A DNA stretch of 64,000 bases from an uncultured virus (IMG/VR IMGVR_UViG_3300009159_000059) (taxonomy: Duplodnaviria > Heunggongvirae > Uroviricota > Caudoviricetes), in IMG/VR virus record IMGVR_UViG_3300009159_000059, one strand, 5' to 3'. The translations under genes were made by a program, and so were the position numbers. The notes beneath the pieces are model-generated. The model saw nothing but the letters and a program-made list of their open reading frames with translations. It was not told the origin of the DNA and did no database searches. Positions 38,696 to 49,570 of the stretch are shown here, one piece after another (the stretch's first letter is position 1; each line of letters begins with the position of its first letter).

Positions 38696-39504
38696 TCGAT
38701 TTGTTTATTAACTGTCATACTGCAGGTTATGATTGTCTTGATGATAGCATATTTGAACATAAATCGATTAACGCCAAGAGAATCGCCTGTGGCATGACCA
38801 GGCCGCCAAAATATGATTTATCTGAAGTATCAGATTTTTTTCCAACCTATGCTTCCTTAAATTCATCGATTTTTGAAAGTTCTATAATATTGACAATCTG
38901 GGAACATATAGAAAATATTAGCGATAATGAATATATTGGTTTTTTACATACAGATATCGAACCTTACTTTACGAAAGATGAATTATGGGCTAAGATTATC
39001 GACTCTTTATCGCCAAATGATGTAGCTTTAGGTGTTTCATTTCCAGCAGAGTACAAAATCACTCAATGCGGTGAGTGGGACTTAAAAAATGATTTTGTCC
39101 TTAGACCATCATTAGACCCAATGGTGCGCAATAAATTCGACTTAGAGAGATCGATTTGGGATACTATTAAGAGACTTGATCGTCCAATCTATGAGTTTGC
39201 AATGTCTAAAAATCCGCCAATGATTTACTCGCATATGTTTATAACCACTAGAGAGATTTTTAATAAACTTGGGATGAGAATGCGTAATATGTTAGATAGA
39301 TTATTAGCATCAGAAATGGGTCTTTGGACACCGCATTTATTCGAACGTCTTGTAGGACTTTACCTATCCGAAATATGCAGTGTAAAAAATGTCGCTGCAT
39401 TTATACATCATGCGGGATCTAGTCCTACTAAACCGGGCGCTTTAAATCTTTATGGGACTGCAGGATATAAATATTATAAAACTTCAAGAAAGATTTTTGT
39501 TTAA
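38692..39504 (+). CDS. putative glycosyltransferase-related protein (DUF4422-like)
   Basis: EYIGFLHTD, HMFITTREIF, LFERLVGLYL; cluster context. Confidence 0.5.
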   Translation: MIDLFINCHTAGYDCLDDSIFEHKSINAKRIACGMTRPPKYDLSEVSDFFPTYASLNSSIFESSIILTIWEHIENISDNEYIGFLHTDIEPYFTKDELWAKIIDSLSPNDVALGVSFPAEYKITQCGEWDLKNDFVLRPSLDPMVRNKFDLERSIWDTIKRLDRPIYEFAMSKNPPMIYSHMFITTREIFNKLGMRMRNMLDRLLASEMGLWTPHLFERLVGLYLSEICSVKNVAAFIHHAGSSPTKPGALNLYGTAGYKYYKTSRKIFV

Positions 39505-39789
39505 ATATTTATCAATTACAAGAGCGAAAGTCGCTTCAATATATTCAAACCATTCTGACGGTATATCGCTAAAATTGCTCATGCTATCGTTAAGCCCTGC
39601 CTTCATTGTGATAAATATCGTATTTTCTTTTATGTTTAGAACTATAGGCGTTAAATTAAGATTTAAGTCATTGGTTTTACTTTTAAAATTAATATCTGTG
39701 GCTATATTACCGATATCGACAGCTCTAACAAGAATACTTGATAATTGGCTTGATATGCGATATTTTTTGGTGATATCTGTAGTCGGCAT
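39484..39789 (-). CDS. hypothetical protein
   Basis: Third gene of the minus-strand gmd operon (1-nt spacings). Confidence 0.6.
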   Translation of the reverse strand: MPTTDITKKYRISSQLSSILVRAVDIGNIATDINFKSKTNDLNLNLTPIVLNIKENTIFITMKAGLNDSMSNFSDIPSEWFEYIEATFALVIDKYLNKNLS

Positions 39790-39790
39790 T

Positions 39791-40360
39791 TTAGAATTTC
39801 TTCTTTAAAGTAGCTCCGGGGAAGTTTTTAGTAACATCTTGAGATATCTTTTTACCTTCGTCGCTTATCTTTTTTCTTACTTCTTTTAGCTGGCTTTTCG
39901 ATACACCATCGGTGTTAGAAAGCATCGCCACCCAACCGCTAGGCTGTAATGCCAACATTGTTTTAGCTGTGTCTTGGGTGCTCTGCGCCAGAGATTTTAA
40001 ATCAGTCTTTAATAGATATCTAGGCTCGATAGCATAAAGAGCTGATGTGATAATGCTTGGTGCATATGTTTTTAGCTCGGTCATGGATTTTTTTAAATCT
40101 TTGTACTTATTTGCGTTTTTCTTGTCGGAATCTAATATTTTTAAAAAGCCTGAGATAAAGTCATCACTAATTGTCGACCACGTATCAGAGCTAGGTTGCT
40201 TGAAATATGATCTCAATAGTTTAGCTGGCTCAGAGTCTTTATATCGGTCATCATTAAAAAGTATATCGATTAGCTGGCCAAATATCTGGCTGATATTTAA
40301 GACAGGAGTGCCGCCGCTAGAGATACTACCAGCAGCTTCATAAATATTTAATAATTTCAT
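39791..40360 (-). CDS. hypothetical protein
   Basis: Starts 1 nt after the gmd stop; 189 aa. Confidence 0.7.
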   Translation of the reverse strand: MKLLNIYEAAGSISSGGTPVLNISQIFGQLIDILFNDDRYKDSEPAKLLRSYFKQPSSDTWSTISDDFISGFLKILDSDKKNANKYKDLKKSMTELKTYAPSIITSALYAIEPRYLLKTDLKSLAQSTQDTAKTMLALQPSGWVAMLSNTDGVSKSQLKEVRKKISDEGKKISQDVTKNFPGATLKKKF

Positions 40361-40361
40361 T

Positions 40362-41438
<1,077 letters not shown>

Positions 41439-41462
41439 TTACCGGTTTTAGAAAGGGATATC

Positions 41463-41723
41463 ATGAAGACTTTTGTTTTGGCCTGCGTATTGCTCGGGAC
41501 TATTGGTGTGTTTGAAGCTGAGGCCGGTTGTGGTCAGCGTTCAAACGGGTCTTGTGGCAATAGCCGTGCTAAGTTATTCGAAGGGCGCACTCGCGGAGGC
41601 CTCTCCTGTGGTAAGACTCGCGTTTCTTCTTGTTTTGCGGCTCCAAAGGCTTCTGCCTGCACAGCTTGCGACAAGGCTAACGAGAAAGCCGCTCCTGCTG
41701 CGTCTAAGTCTGAAAATAAGTAA
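41463..41723 (+). CDS. small secreted Cys-rich protein
   Basis: Signal peptide MKTFVLACVLLGTIGVFEAEA with AxA site; mature part has 6 Cys; AAAGGG SD. Confidence 0.75.
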   Translation: MKTFVLACVLLGTIGVFEAEAGCGQRSNGSCGNSRAKLFEGRTRGGLSCGKTRVSSCFAAPKASACTACDKANEKAAPAASKSENK

Positions 41724-41818
41724 TTGATTAATTAATCATCGCCAGATTGCGTAGACTATTACTTTCCCTTCAAATATACATTAGAAATTTGGCTACTTAT
41801 ATTGAAAGGAGACAGAAA

Positions 41819-42223
41819 ATGTCTGCGCAACCTGCCAATTCTTCGATTTCGGTGTTTATGAACCTGAGGTCCTATAGGCGGGATCTCAGACATGAGTCTC
41901 TGGCTGCTATTTGCAAGAGGCTTCGTCCTCTTGTGATGACCATCCCAGGAGAAGAAATTCTCGTGGGCGTTCTTAACAGAGATACCGGCGTCAAAGACAT
42001 GAGTTCTTATATGGGCGAAGCACGTTTTAATGCTGGTCGTGGCTTCCCAATTGTAATCGGCACCTTCGGTCAAACTAGCTTCGCTGAAGCTCAGACCAAT
42101 CTTGCTGATATCAATTTTGCATTCCAAATCGGCTCTGATAAATTCTTGTCCAACACCGCAGCTGGCCTAACTGGCGATCTGTTTGGTGATGCACGAGGCC
42201 TAGCATCTGATATAACCACTTAA
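41819..42223 (+). CDS. hypothetical protein, probably structural
   Basis: Strong AAGGAG SD; followed by a terminator. Confidence 0.75.
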   Translation: MSAQPANSSISVFMNLRSYRRDLRHESLAAICKRLRPLVMTIPGEEILVGVLNRDTGVKDMSSYMGEARFNAGRGFPIVIGTFGQTSFAEAQTNLADINFAFQIGSDKFLSNTAAGLTGDLFGDARGLASDITT

Positions 42224-42252
42224 TAATCCTTAATCGGATTATCGAGAATTAA

Positions 42253-42291
42253 AAGAAGACGGGGAGATCGATAAAATCTCCCCGTCTTCTT
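42253..42291. terminator. intrinsic, probably bidirectional terminator
   Basis: 16-bp perfect stem AAGAAGACGGGGAGAT/ATCTCCCCGTCTTCTT with a 7-nt loop; a small ATAATCC/GGATTAT hairpin lies just upstream. Confidence 0.85.
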
Positions 42292-42355
42292 ATATAAACC
42301 ATATCCGAATATAAATTAAGCCACAAATATATTATATAACTCAAGGAGACAGACT

Positions 42356-42886
42356 ATGCGCTGGGTCCCATTTACAGCCTTCATAAAAATTGTGCCATCA
42401 TTAGCGAACGGAAAAAGATTCGAAATTATAAGAAATGCTCAAAAACTATCAGTAGCATTATTCGAAGAAATCCCTAATTATGATGGTGGGAAATTCCAGC
42501 TATCGTCGCCTAGTGGCGGACAACAAAACAGCCAAACAAATGGGGCTGCGTTGAGTTCCTTCGCCAACGGCACCGCATATAAACCACAATTTGGGCAATC
42601 GCCAGCCCAACTGACAATGTCTGGATTCTATAAATCAGAGGCTAAAAACGCATACACGCAGCCTGAAGTTATGCGATTCTCTGGCAATGAAAAATATTCA
42701 GGCATGGGCTCGCATTTAAATGAATTGATGCCAACAGGCACAGTATATTCAGAAGTATCAGACATTCTATCGATTCTTCGAGACGCTTGCGATGCAGCGT
42801 TTCCAGCATCAGTTCCTTATAGCGTATTTCGTTTAGAATACAATGGCTTAGTATTTGGGGACAGGGGATTAACCTTCCCTGATTAA
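42356..42886 (+). CDS. hypothetical protein, probably structural
   Basis: AAGGAG SD; directly upstream of the neck gene. Confidence 0.75.
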   Translation: MRWVPFTAFIKIVPSLANGKRFEIIRNAQKLSVALFEEIPNYDGGKFQLSSPSGGQQNSQTNGAALSSFANGTAYKPQFGQSPAQLTMSGFYKSEAKNAYTQPEVMRFSGNEKYSGMGSHLNELMPTGTVYSEVSDILSILRDACDAAFPASVPYSVFRLEYNGLVFGDRGLTFPD

Positions 42887-42888
42887 AT

Positions 42889-43671
42889 ATGGCTATTTTT
42901 GGACCAGCAGATCTACCCTCTATATTAAAACTACGTTCTGAACCAATGAAAAAGTATATCCTGACCAAATTAGGATATCCAAATGTAGATGTAGAGATAC
43001 AAGAAGATCAATTCGAAACGATTTGGAGAGTGGCTGGAGATTTTATAGCTAGCTATTTCCCCAGAGAGCAGAAATTAGCTGTTTTTTGGACCAACCCATT
43101 GCAACCAACATACCCTCTTCCAGAAGACGCTTATTGGGTCCAAGAAGTGCATTGGGACCCAGCAACAACCAGAATAAACGATGTATTTGGGGCTGAAAGC
43201 TTTTTATTTAATGTCGGGCAGGTGTCCGGCATACAAAATATGCTTTTAGATTACCACCTTCTTCAAGCATATAGAAAATTCTCCCAAAAAATACTTGGCA
43301 CTGAAGGCCACTGGGAAGTGATTAACGAAAACAATAAATTTACACAAGGTGATTCATTAAGTTCTAAAGATCAAAAAATACGGTTATATCCGACACCAAA
43401 AGGCGCTTTCCCAGTGACTGTTCTTTACATCCCTGTCGTCAATAGTTTTAGAAGCCCGCAAGCTAGACAGCTATGCTATGATATGATGCTTGCTGAAGCT
43501 AAAACCTCGCTGGGTGCTGCAAGAAGAAAAATCTCAGGATTACCAACACCAGATGGTGGTACAATATCTTATGATGGTGATGCTCTCATGAACGAAGGCA
43601 TCAAAATGAAAGAAGAGATAATTAAATCTGCTATTGATCTCGGTGAACCATATGGAGTATGGCTATGGTAA
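42889..43671 (+). CDS. neck/head-tail adaptor protein (T4 gp13-like)
   Basis: KKYILTKLGYPNVDVEIQEDQF N-terminus and RRKISGLPTPDGGTISYDGDALMNEG C-terminus. Confidence 0.75.
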   Translation: MAIFGPADLPSILKLRSEPMKKYILTKLGYPNVDVEIQEDQFETIWRVAGDFIASYFPREQKLAVFWTNPLQPTYPLPEDAYWVQEVHWDPATTRINDVFGAESFLFNVGQVSGIQNMLLDYHLLQAYRKFSQKILGTEGHWEVINENNKFTQGDSLSSKDQKIRLYPTPKGAFPVTVLYIPVVNSFRSPQARQLCYDMMLAEAKTSLGAARRKISGLPTPDGGTISYDGDALMNEGIKMKEEIIKSAIDLGEPYGVWLW

Positions 43672-44255
43672 TAGAACCGATTGAAATTAGCTTCCAATTA
43701 CAGGTACTACCTGACCATAGCGTCATTATACCTGGCTGTGAACCAACATCGGCAATATCAAGTGCGTCTCTGTCTTATTCTATGGCACTTAATGGATGTG
43801 AACAACCGAAAGTACCAATTAAATTAATATTAGATAAAATCCCAGGTAGCTATATAAAGTATGGGTGGAATTTTAACCTTGGCTATAACCAGACTTGGTT
43901 GGTGTTTCCTCCTTATTTGGCAGGCTGCCCATGCGATGATAGACCCGATTGGTATAACATGCTGAGATGTATAGCTAGTGAAATAACTGACCCGATTGTA
44001 GTTGAAAAAAACTGCGATGTTCTAGAACGCGAATTTTGTAACCCAGAAATAAAACCAGGGCCAAGCGGCGGCGGTGATGCTTATGTGAATCCTCCAGAAG
44101 GTCCATCTGCCTTAGGCTATGGTGGTATTTTACCACCGATTCCACCTTGGGCGCGGAAAAAAGTTAATTTCTGTAAATTAGCGGGCATGGACAAGGAAAT
44201 GAAGATGATGGCTCCGCACGATACTAATATACTGGATTCTATTTTAGGAACTTAA
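43659..44255 (+). CDS. hypothetical Cys/Pro-rich protein
   Basis: ORF in the structural operon. Confidence 0.7.
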   Translation: MAMVIEPIEISFQLQVLPDHSVIIPGCEPTSAISSASLSYSMALNGCEQPKVPIKLILDKIPGSYIKYGWNFNLGYNQTWLVFPPYLAGCPCDDRPDWYNMLRCIASEITDPIVVEKNCDVLEREFCNPEIKPGPSGGGDAYVNPPEGPSALGYGGILPPIPPWARKKVNFCKLAGMDKEMKMMAPHDTNILDSILGT

Positions 44256-47200
44256 ATGGATATTGGAACTATATTAAGGCTGCAAGGCCCAGTACCGACT
44301 AATTTAGCTCCAAATAAGTTTTATTCTGGAACCATCTTTTTTTTCGAAGATGACGCTTTCTTGTTTTATGCTGGCGGCAATAACGGCTACAATAGAGCCA
44401 CATATATAAGCAAAATAAATATTGGCGCCGGAAGCGTAAATGGGTTTAACTTCGATACAAACACGTTAGCCTTGAGCGGCGGCCCAATAACTAGAACTGG
44501 CACGATAAAAATAGATCTTATCGAGAATCTGGCTGTGGTGGGGCAGTACGGTTCATCGACCACGATACCAATCATAACCGCTAATTCGCTTGGATTCGTT
44601 ACTAGAATGAGCGAAGTGCAAAACGATACGGCTGGCGGTACTGTCACGCTCATGGAAATGGATTCAGATGATTTAGAAATATATGGATTACCAACACAAT
44701 TACCGACATGTCCTCCACCAGCCGTGCCGCCGCCGGTCCAATGTGATGAGTTAACTGAATTAGGATTTTTAGCAACCGACACTAAGCCAGCTGACATCTG
44801 CATAAGCCCAGACGATGGTTTTTTATATGTCGCTAATAATGGTAGTATTTCAATCTATAAGCGTATAACAGGAACCGGCTTGCTGCAAGCATTAAGCCCT
44901 GTGATTATTTCTGGGATTGGTAATGCTATTATTATAAGCTCCGATGGTAAAAACATATACGTTATTAACGACACAAATAGTATCGACATGTTTTGGCGAA
45001 ATACCACTAACGGCTTATTGACATCAATCGGATCCATTGCTACTGGCAACACGCCGGTTGATATGTGCATATCTGCTGATGGTAAGAATGTTTATGCTGT
45101 AAACCTTCTGGATGACACTATTTCAGTATTTGGGCGTGATGACACGACAGGCTTGCTAACATCATTAGGCGACATCGCTGCTGGCACCGAACCGAATTAC
45201 ATTGCAGTAAGCCCTGATGGCAAGAATGTTTATGTTATCCACCGTGGCTCAGCGTCGCGCACGATATCTATTTATGCACGCAATACTACATCTGGTTTGT
45301 TAACTATAACAACGTCTATCGCTACTGGCGTTGCGCGTGGTATCGCGATTAGTCCAAATGGTAAAAATGTATACGTTTCTGATCTCGATAATGTCATAGT
45401 TAACTATGGTAGAAACACCACGACAGGTCTTCTGACTAAAAAAGAAACCTTTGCATCTAATGCGCCTTGGGGTATTGTGATTAGCGCTGATGGCACAAGC
45501 GCTTATATTAGCAGTATGAATAATAGCATAAGCATTTTTAGACGTAATGTCACCACTGGCTCATTCTCCGCAGTTGGGCAAATAGCAGCTAGGGGTGGTT
45601 ATAACCTTTGCATTAGCTATGATGGTTTAAATGTTTATGTGCCAAATGTGAATTTAGATTCGATAACAATGTTCTCAAGGAAGAATTGCACGCCACCTAG
45701 CACTCCGACACCGACACAGGTAGATCTTAGACGCTATCTTGTTAGAGCGACTCGCGGAGGTACTGCTGAGCAAGCATCAGATGTGGAATATTGGTCGTCT
45801 GGTGATGGCTATGGAGGCACCACATGCATGATAGATCTGGTCGCCAATAATATTTATACAACTGGAGCTAATCCAGAATTCGCAGGTCTGCCGCCGTTGC
45901 CAGCTTTTAATTCGATTATAAATGCCAAAAAGGTAACGAAATATTCAGCCAAACCATATGATACATATGCTTGGAAAAAACTCGCGACTGGTCACGGCAT
46001 GGTGGCTGTAGTTAAGACCGATGGCTCTTTATGGGTCGGCGATGAAAGTATATCTAAAGGCACTGGACTTAGGAAGATTACCAGTTTTAAACGTTTAAAT
46101 AATGGGGTTGTAGTTAATGTCATTCCAGCGCCATCTAATTTTATAGATGTTAGGACCACAAAATGGCCAGATCAAAGCACAACTGATTTTGTCAAGTTAA
46201 GAGCTTTCACTTCTGATGGTGCTACATATTCTAGTTCATATGGCTGGAATACTAGCACTGCGCCAGACACTATGACTTTGGAATCCGGACCAGGCGGACT
46301 ACCAATCACGGAAGTGCCGAATTATTCCTATAATGGCTATACTCATTATTTCGAAACTTATTTAATGACACTAACATCAAGGAGGTGGGTGGCCTACGGC
46401 AATAACACTAACGGCCAATGTGGTACAAGCACTATAGTATCACCGATAAGAAATTTCTACATTAAAGATCTTGATAATGCACTGGTAGTATCAGCTGGTC
46501 AGTTGCATACAATGGCTATATTACCAGGCGGAATATTAGTTGGCTGCGGAGATAGCATTCAAGGTCAGTTGGGTAATAACTCTAAATTTACAGCTAATTC
46601 TAAATTTACCCAAATAGGCACTGATAGAGATTGGAAGTCAGTTTATGCAGGTGATAGTTTTAGCATAGCCATAAAAAATGACGGCACAGCGTATGCGACT
46701 GGCTTTAACCCGCCAGGCTTGCCAGTATACAGCAATAAGACATTATTTAATTTCACTCAAATACCAAATATTACTGGTGCAGTGGAAGCGTTTGGCTTTA
46801 ACGATCCATTTATATTCTGCAGCACTGCACCCCGACGAACTGATTGCTTTGCCGGTTGGAGCCCAAGCCTCAGCACTCTGACAATTCCATTATATAGTGG
46901 CGACACTGTTTTATCAAATAATGGAGCGGGCTTTTTCGGCTATGCATCGAGCGGCACGTCGCTATATTCGATCGTTTTAAACAATCTTGGTTCTGGTATT
47001 TTCTCTATTGCATTCTTGAACAATGGTCAGTTGACACTTAACAGTAATATATCTGCTACTAATACAAAATTGTTTGCTAATGGCGACATTATTACGATTA
47101 ACATCCCATCATTAAAAGGTGACACAACAAGTTGGGATACTGTTAATGGCAGATACCTTGTAACTGACACTAGCGATTTGAGATACGTTAAACTATTATG

Positions 47201-49562
47201 TGCGCCGGCCCCAACGCCTGTGCCTACACCAACACCGACACCACCGACGCCAACTCCAACTTGCTTTGATCGGTGGGGTGGAGAACCGAAAGGCTTTTTC
47301 GGTCCGTTTACTTATTCGGAATATAATCCGTTTTATATCTTAGCCCCTAGGAGGCCACCATACATTCCTAGCGATCCAATACCAATGCTGCAGGCACCTT
47401 TAGCTGAAAGTACGGTAAATCCAATTAGGCCATATAATGGCGAATTAGTTATTACTAGCAGGCTTTATAATTTATACGCACGTGGGTTAATTTACGATGA
47501 TGGTCTCAGATTTTTTTGGCTAAACGACAAGAATGGTAAAGTAGAAACTACCCCATTTATTGTGGGAGACCTAGTTACTTTCCGTAATGACGCTAACAAT
47601 AATGAACGAAACCCGCCAACTAACTGGATAAACACAGAATACCTTATCACTAACATAGAGCTGGGCGTGCATACTATAATTTGCCGCCCCACGCCGACGC
47701 CAACACCGGCTCCAACGCTTGAATGCGGTAAATTAACACTAAGGCAGACTGCATCTTTTGGCGGTAATCATCAAGCTATGATAGTTTCTGAGAAATATGA
47801 GGTTAAGATTTTATGCACAGCTGATGCTGTTACTAATGCAGTATCTGTTTTTGTTATAAATTCAGATGGATCATTAACCTTTTATAATTCATATTTAGCC
47901 GGCCTAAACCCACGTGATATAGTGATGTCATCAAATAATCAATATATCTATGTGATCACACAGAGTGGTTTAGTTACCTTTCTTAGACCAGCAGGAACCT
48001 CGCCAGTTATAAATTTAATCGATACTGATACTAGATTTACTTCATTTAATGGAGCAAGGCTTTACATTTCGCCTGATAATTCATTCTTATATATTTCTAT
48101 CTTAAATGCTATAAAAATAGTTAAACTTAACGGCATACCTGATAAGACTAGCGTAGTATTAACAACACCTATCGCAGGCGAAGTATGTTATATGCTTGGG
48201 TCTAGTGATGGAAAGTATCTCTACCATGTTTCTTCAGATGCAAATAAGATATCGGCTTTCATAAGAAATTCTAGCAATGGATCGCTGATCTTAATTAGAG
48301 AATTAAATATTGAAGGCACACAACCACGACATGCGACTTTAGCTTTCTCCGAAAAGTTCATATTTATTTCTAGCATTGGTACTAGTCTAATATCAGCTTT
48401 CATGAGAGACCCAACTAGCGGAGACATTAATTATGCCTCAACACCAAGCACAAGTATCGGCTTGGCAGGCACGCGAACTAATGGGATACTTGCCACAGCC
48501 GATAACTCTTTATATATCGCCGATTTCCAATTCAGCACTTTATATGAATACAAAATAGATCCCGGCACAGGCAATATCACCTCATCGGGACAAACGTTGC
48601 CAAATGTGGTTTATGGAAATGACATAAAAATTAATGCTGCTAATAAAACGCTTTACGTCTTAAGCGGCGCTGGTGCTATTGGTGATATAATAGTTTACGA
48701 CAGAGTATATTGTCCACCGACCCCTACGCCAACACCATTAACACCTTCCCAAACACCAACGCCATTGACATTTCCTTCTTTAGGTGGCAAAAGGTTAGTG
48801 GTAAGTTATTCTGCTACTCAAGCGACTACATCTAAACTGTTTACGATCAATGAAATGAATGGTGATAAAATAGCAGAGTCAGTTATTAATCTACCATATA
48901 ACGCTTTGCGTCGTATCTCAGCATACGACGGTACATTATATGCTTCTGCTGTTCCTTCAAATAGTGCTATTGTTTTAAATAAAGAACAAATTGGTATAAT
49001 TGATACAAATGGTGTTTTTAGTTCTCTGAATGATACTTCAAGCGCATATGTTTTGTCAGGAAAGTTTTGCATGGTTGGCTACCATTCTTATATAGCTATA
49101 ATATATAACACTATCTTCCAGGCATCATATTTTGCTTCTAAAACGCAATTCTACGGTGGAGCTACAAAACTAGGCGCCAACTTTAATAATAACCAAGTAA
49201 TAAACGATTTCACCGTTAGCCCGAGTGGTGAAATATTCTTTGTAAGCCCTAGTTGGGGCAATGATCCAAAGTCGCCAACAGGTCAATTATACGTTTATTA
49301 TACGAATACATCCATCAATCCAGTCCAGATCGGACTTACCCAATATGGCGGTCTATCATTTATGTGTTGGGCTGGGAGTAGTCTTTCTTTTGATGGCAGG
49401 ATGAATGACGCTATTTATTATTTAATCGGCCCACAACTACACTACCTAGAAATATTTAGAGATAATAATGGAACTCCAATTTCTGTTAAAGATTACTTTA
49501 TAGATAGAATGACAGGTTTTGACATCACAGGTGTTGGTATCACAGGTATCACAGTTATATAG
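44256..49562 (+). CDS. 1768-aa modular fibre/appendage protein (YVTN propellers, RCC1 repeats, PT linkers)
   Basis: YAGGNNG N-module, GQYGSSTTIPIIT repeat, SPDGKNVY blades, GNNTNGQCG and GDSIQGQLG RCC1 motifs. Confidence 0.85.
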   Translation: MDIGTILRLQGPVPTNLAPNKFYSGTIFFFEDDAFLFYAGGNNGYNRATYISKINIGAGSVNGFNFDTNTLALSGGPITRTGTIKIDLIENLAVVGQYGSSTTIPIITANSLGFVTRMSEVQNDTAGGTVTLMEMDSDDLEIYGLPTQLPTCPPPAVPPPVQCDELTELGFLATDTKPADICISPDDGFLYVANNGSISIYKRITGTGLLQALSPVIISGIGNAIIISSDGKNIYVINDTNSIDMFWRNTTNGLLTSIGSIATGNTPVDMCISADGKNVYAVNLLDDTISVFGRDDTTGLLTSLGDIAAGTEPNYIAVSPDGKNVYVIHRGSASRTISIYARNTTSGLLTITTSIATGVARGIAISPNGKNVYVSDLDNVIVNYGRNTTTGLLTKKETFASNAPWGIVISADGTSAYISSMNNSISIFRRNVTTGSFSAVGQIAARGGYNLCISYDGLNVYVPNVNLDSITMFSRKNCTPPSTPTPTQVDLRRYLVRATRGGTAEQASDVEYWSSGDGYGGTTCMIDLVANNIYTTGANPEFAGLPPLPAFNSIINAKKVTKYSAKPYDTYAWKKLATGHGMVAVVKTDGSLWVGDESISKGTGLRKITSFKRLNNGVVVNVIPAPSNFIDVRTTKWPDQSTTDFVKLRAFTSDGATYSSSYGWNTSTAPDTMTLESGPGGLPITEVPNYSYNGYTHYFETYLMTLTSRRWVAYGNNTNGQCGTSTIVSPIRNFYIKDLDNALVVSAGQLHTMAILPGGILVGCGDSIQGQLGNNSKFTANSKFTQIGTDRDWKSVYAGDSFSIAIKNDGTAYATGFNPPGLPVYSNKTLFNFTQIPNITGAVEAFGFNDPFIFCSTAPRRTDCFAGWSPSLSTLTIPLYSGDTVLSNNGAGFFGYASSGTSLYSIVLNNLGSGIFSIAFLNNGQLTLNSNISATNTKLFANGDIITINIPSLKGDTTSWDTVNGRYLVTDTSDLRYVKLLCAPAPTPVPTPTPTPPTPTPTCFDRWGGEPKGFFGPFTYSEYNPFYILAPRRPPYIPSDPIPMLQAPLAESTVNPIRPYNGELVITSRLYNLYARGLIYDDGLRFFWLNDKNGKVETTPFIVGDLVTFRNDANNNERNPPTNWINTEYLITNIELGVHTIICRPTPTPTPAPTLECGKLTLRQTASFGGNHQAMIVSEKYEVKILCTADAVTNAVSVFVINSDGSLTFYNSYLAGLNPRDIVMSSNNQYIYVITQSGLVTFLRPAGTSPVINLIDTDTRFTSFNGARLYISPDNSFLYISILNAIKIVKLNGIPDKTSVVLTTPIAGEVCYMLGSSDGKYLYHVSSDANKISAFIRNSSNGSLILIRELNIEGTQPRHATLAFSEKFIFISSIGTSLISAFMRDPTSGDINYASTPSTSIGLAGTRTNGILATADNSLYIADFQFSTLYEYKIDPGTGNITSSGQTLPNVVYGNDIKINAANKTLYVLSGAGAIGDIIVYDRVYCPPTPTPTPLTPSQTPTPLTFPSLGGKRLVVSYSATQATTSKLFTINEMNGDKIAESVINLPYNALRRISAYDGTLYASAVPSNSAIVLNKEQIGIIDTNGVFSSLNDTSSAYVLSGKFCMVGYHSYIAIIYNTIFQASYFASKTQFYGGATKLGANFNNNQVINDFTVSPSGEIFFVSPSWGNDPKSPTGQLYVYYTNTSINPVQIGLTQYGGLSFMCWAGSSLSFDGRMNDAIYYLIGPQLHYLEIFRDNNGTPISVKDYFIDRMTGFDITGVGITGITVI

Positions 49563-49570
49563 AGCAATAT

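Noticed and set aside
39452..39808. + strand 118-aa ORF
   Set aside because: It is antisense to 39484-39789, which fits the tightly packed minus-strand gmd operon.
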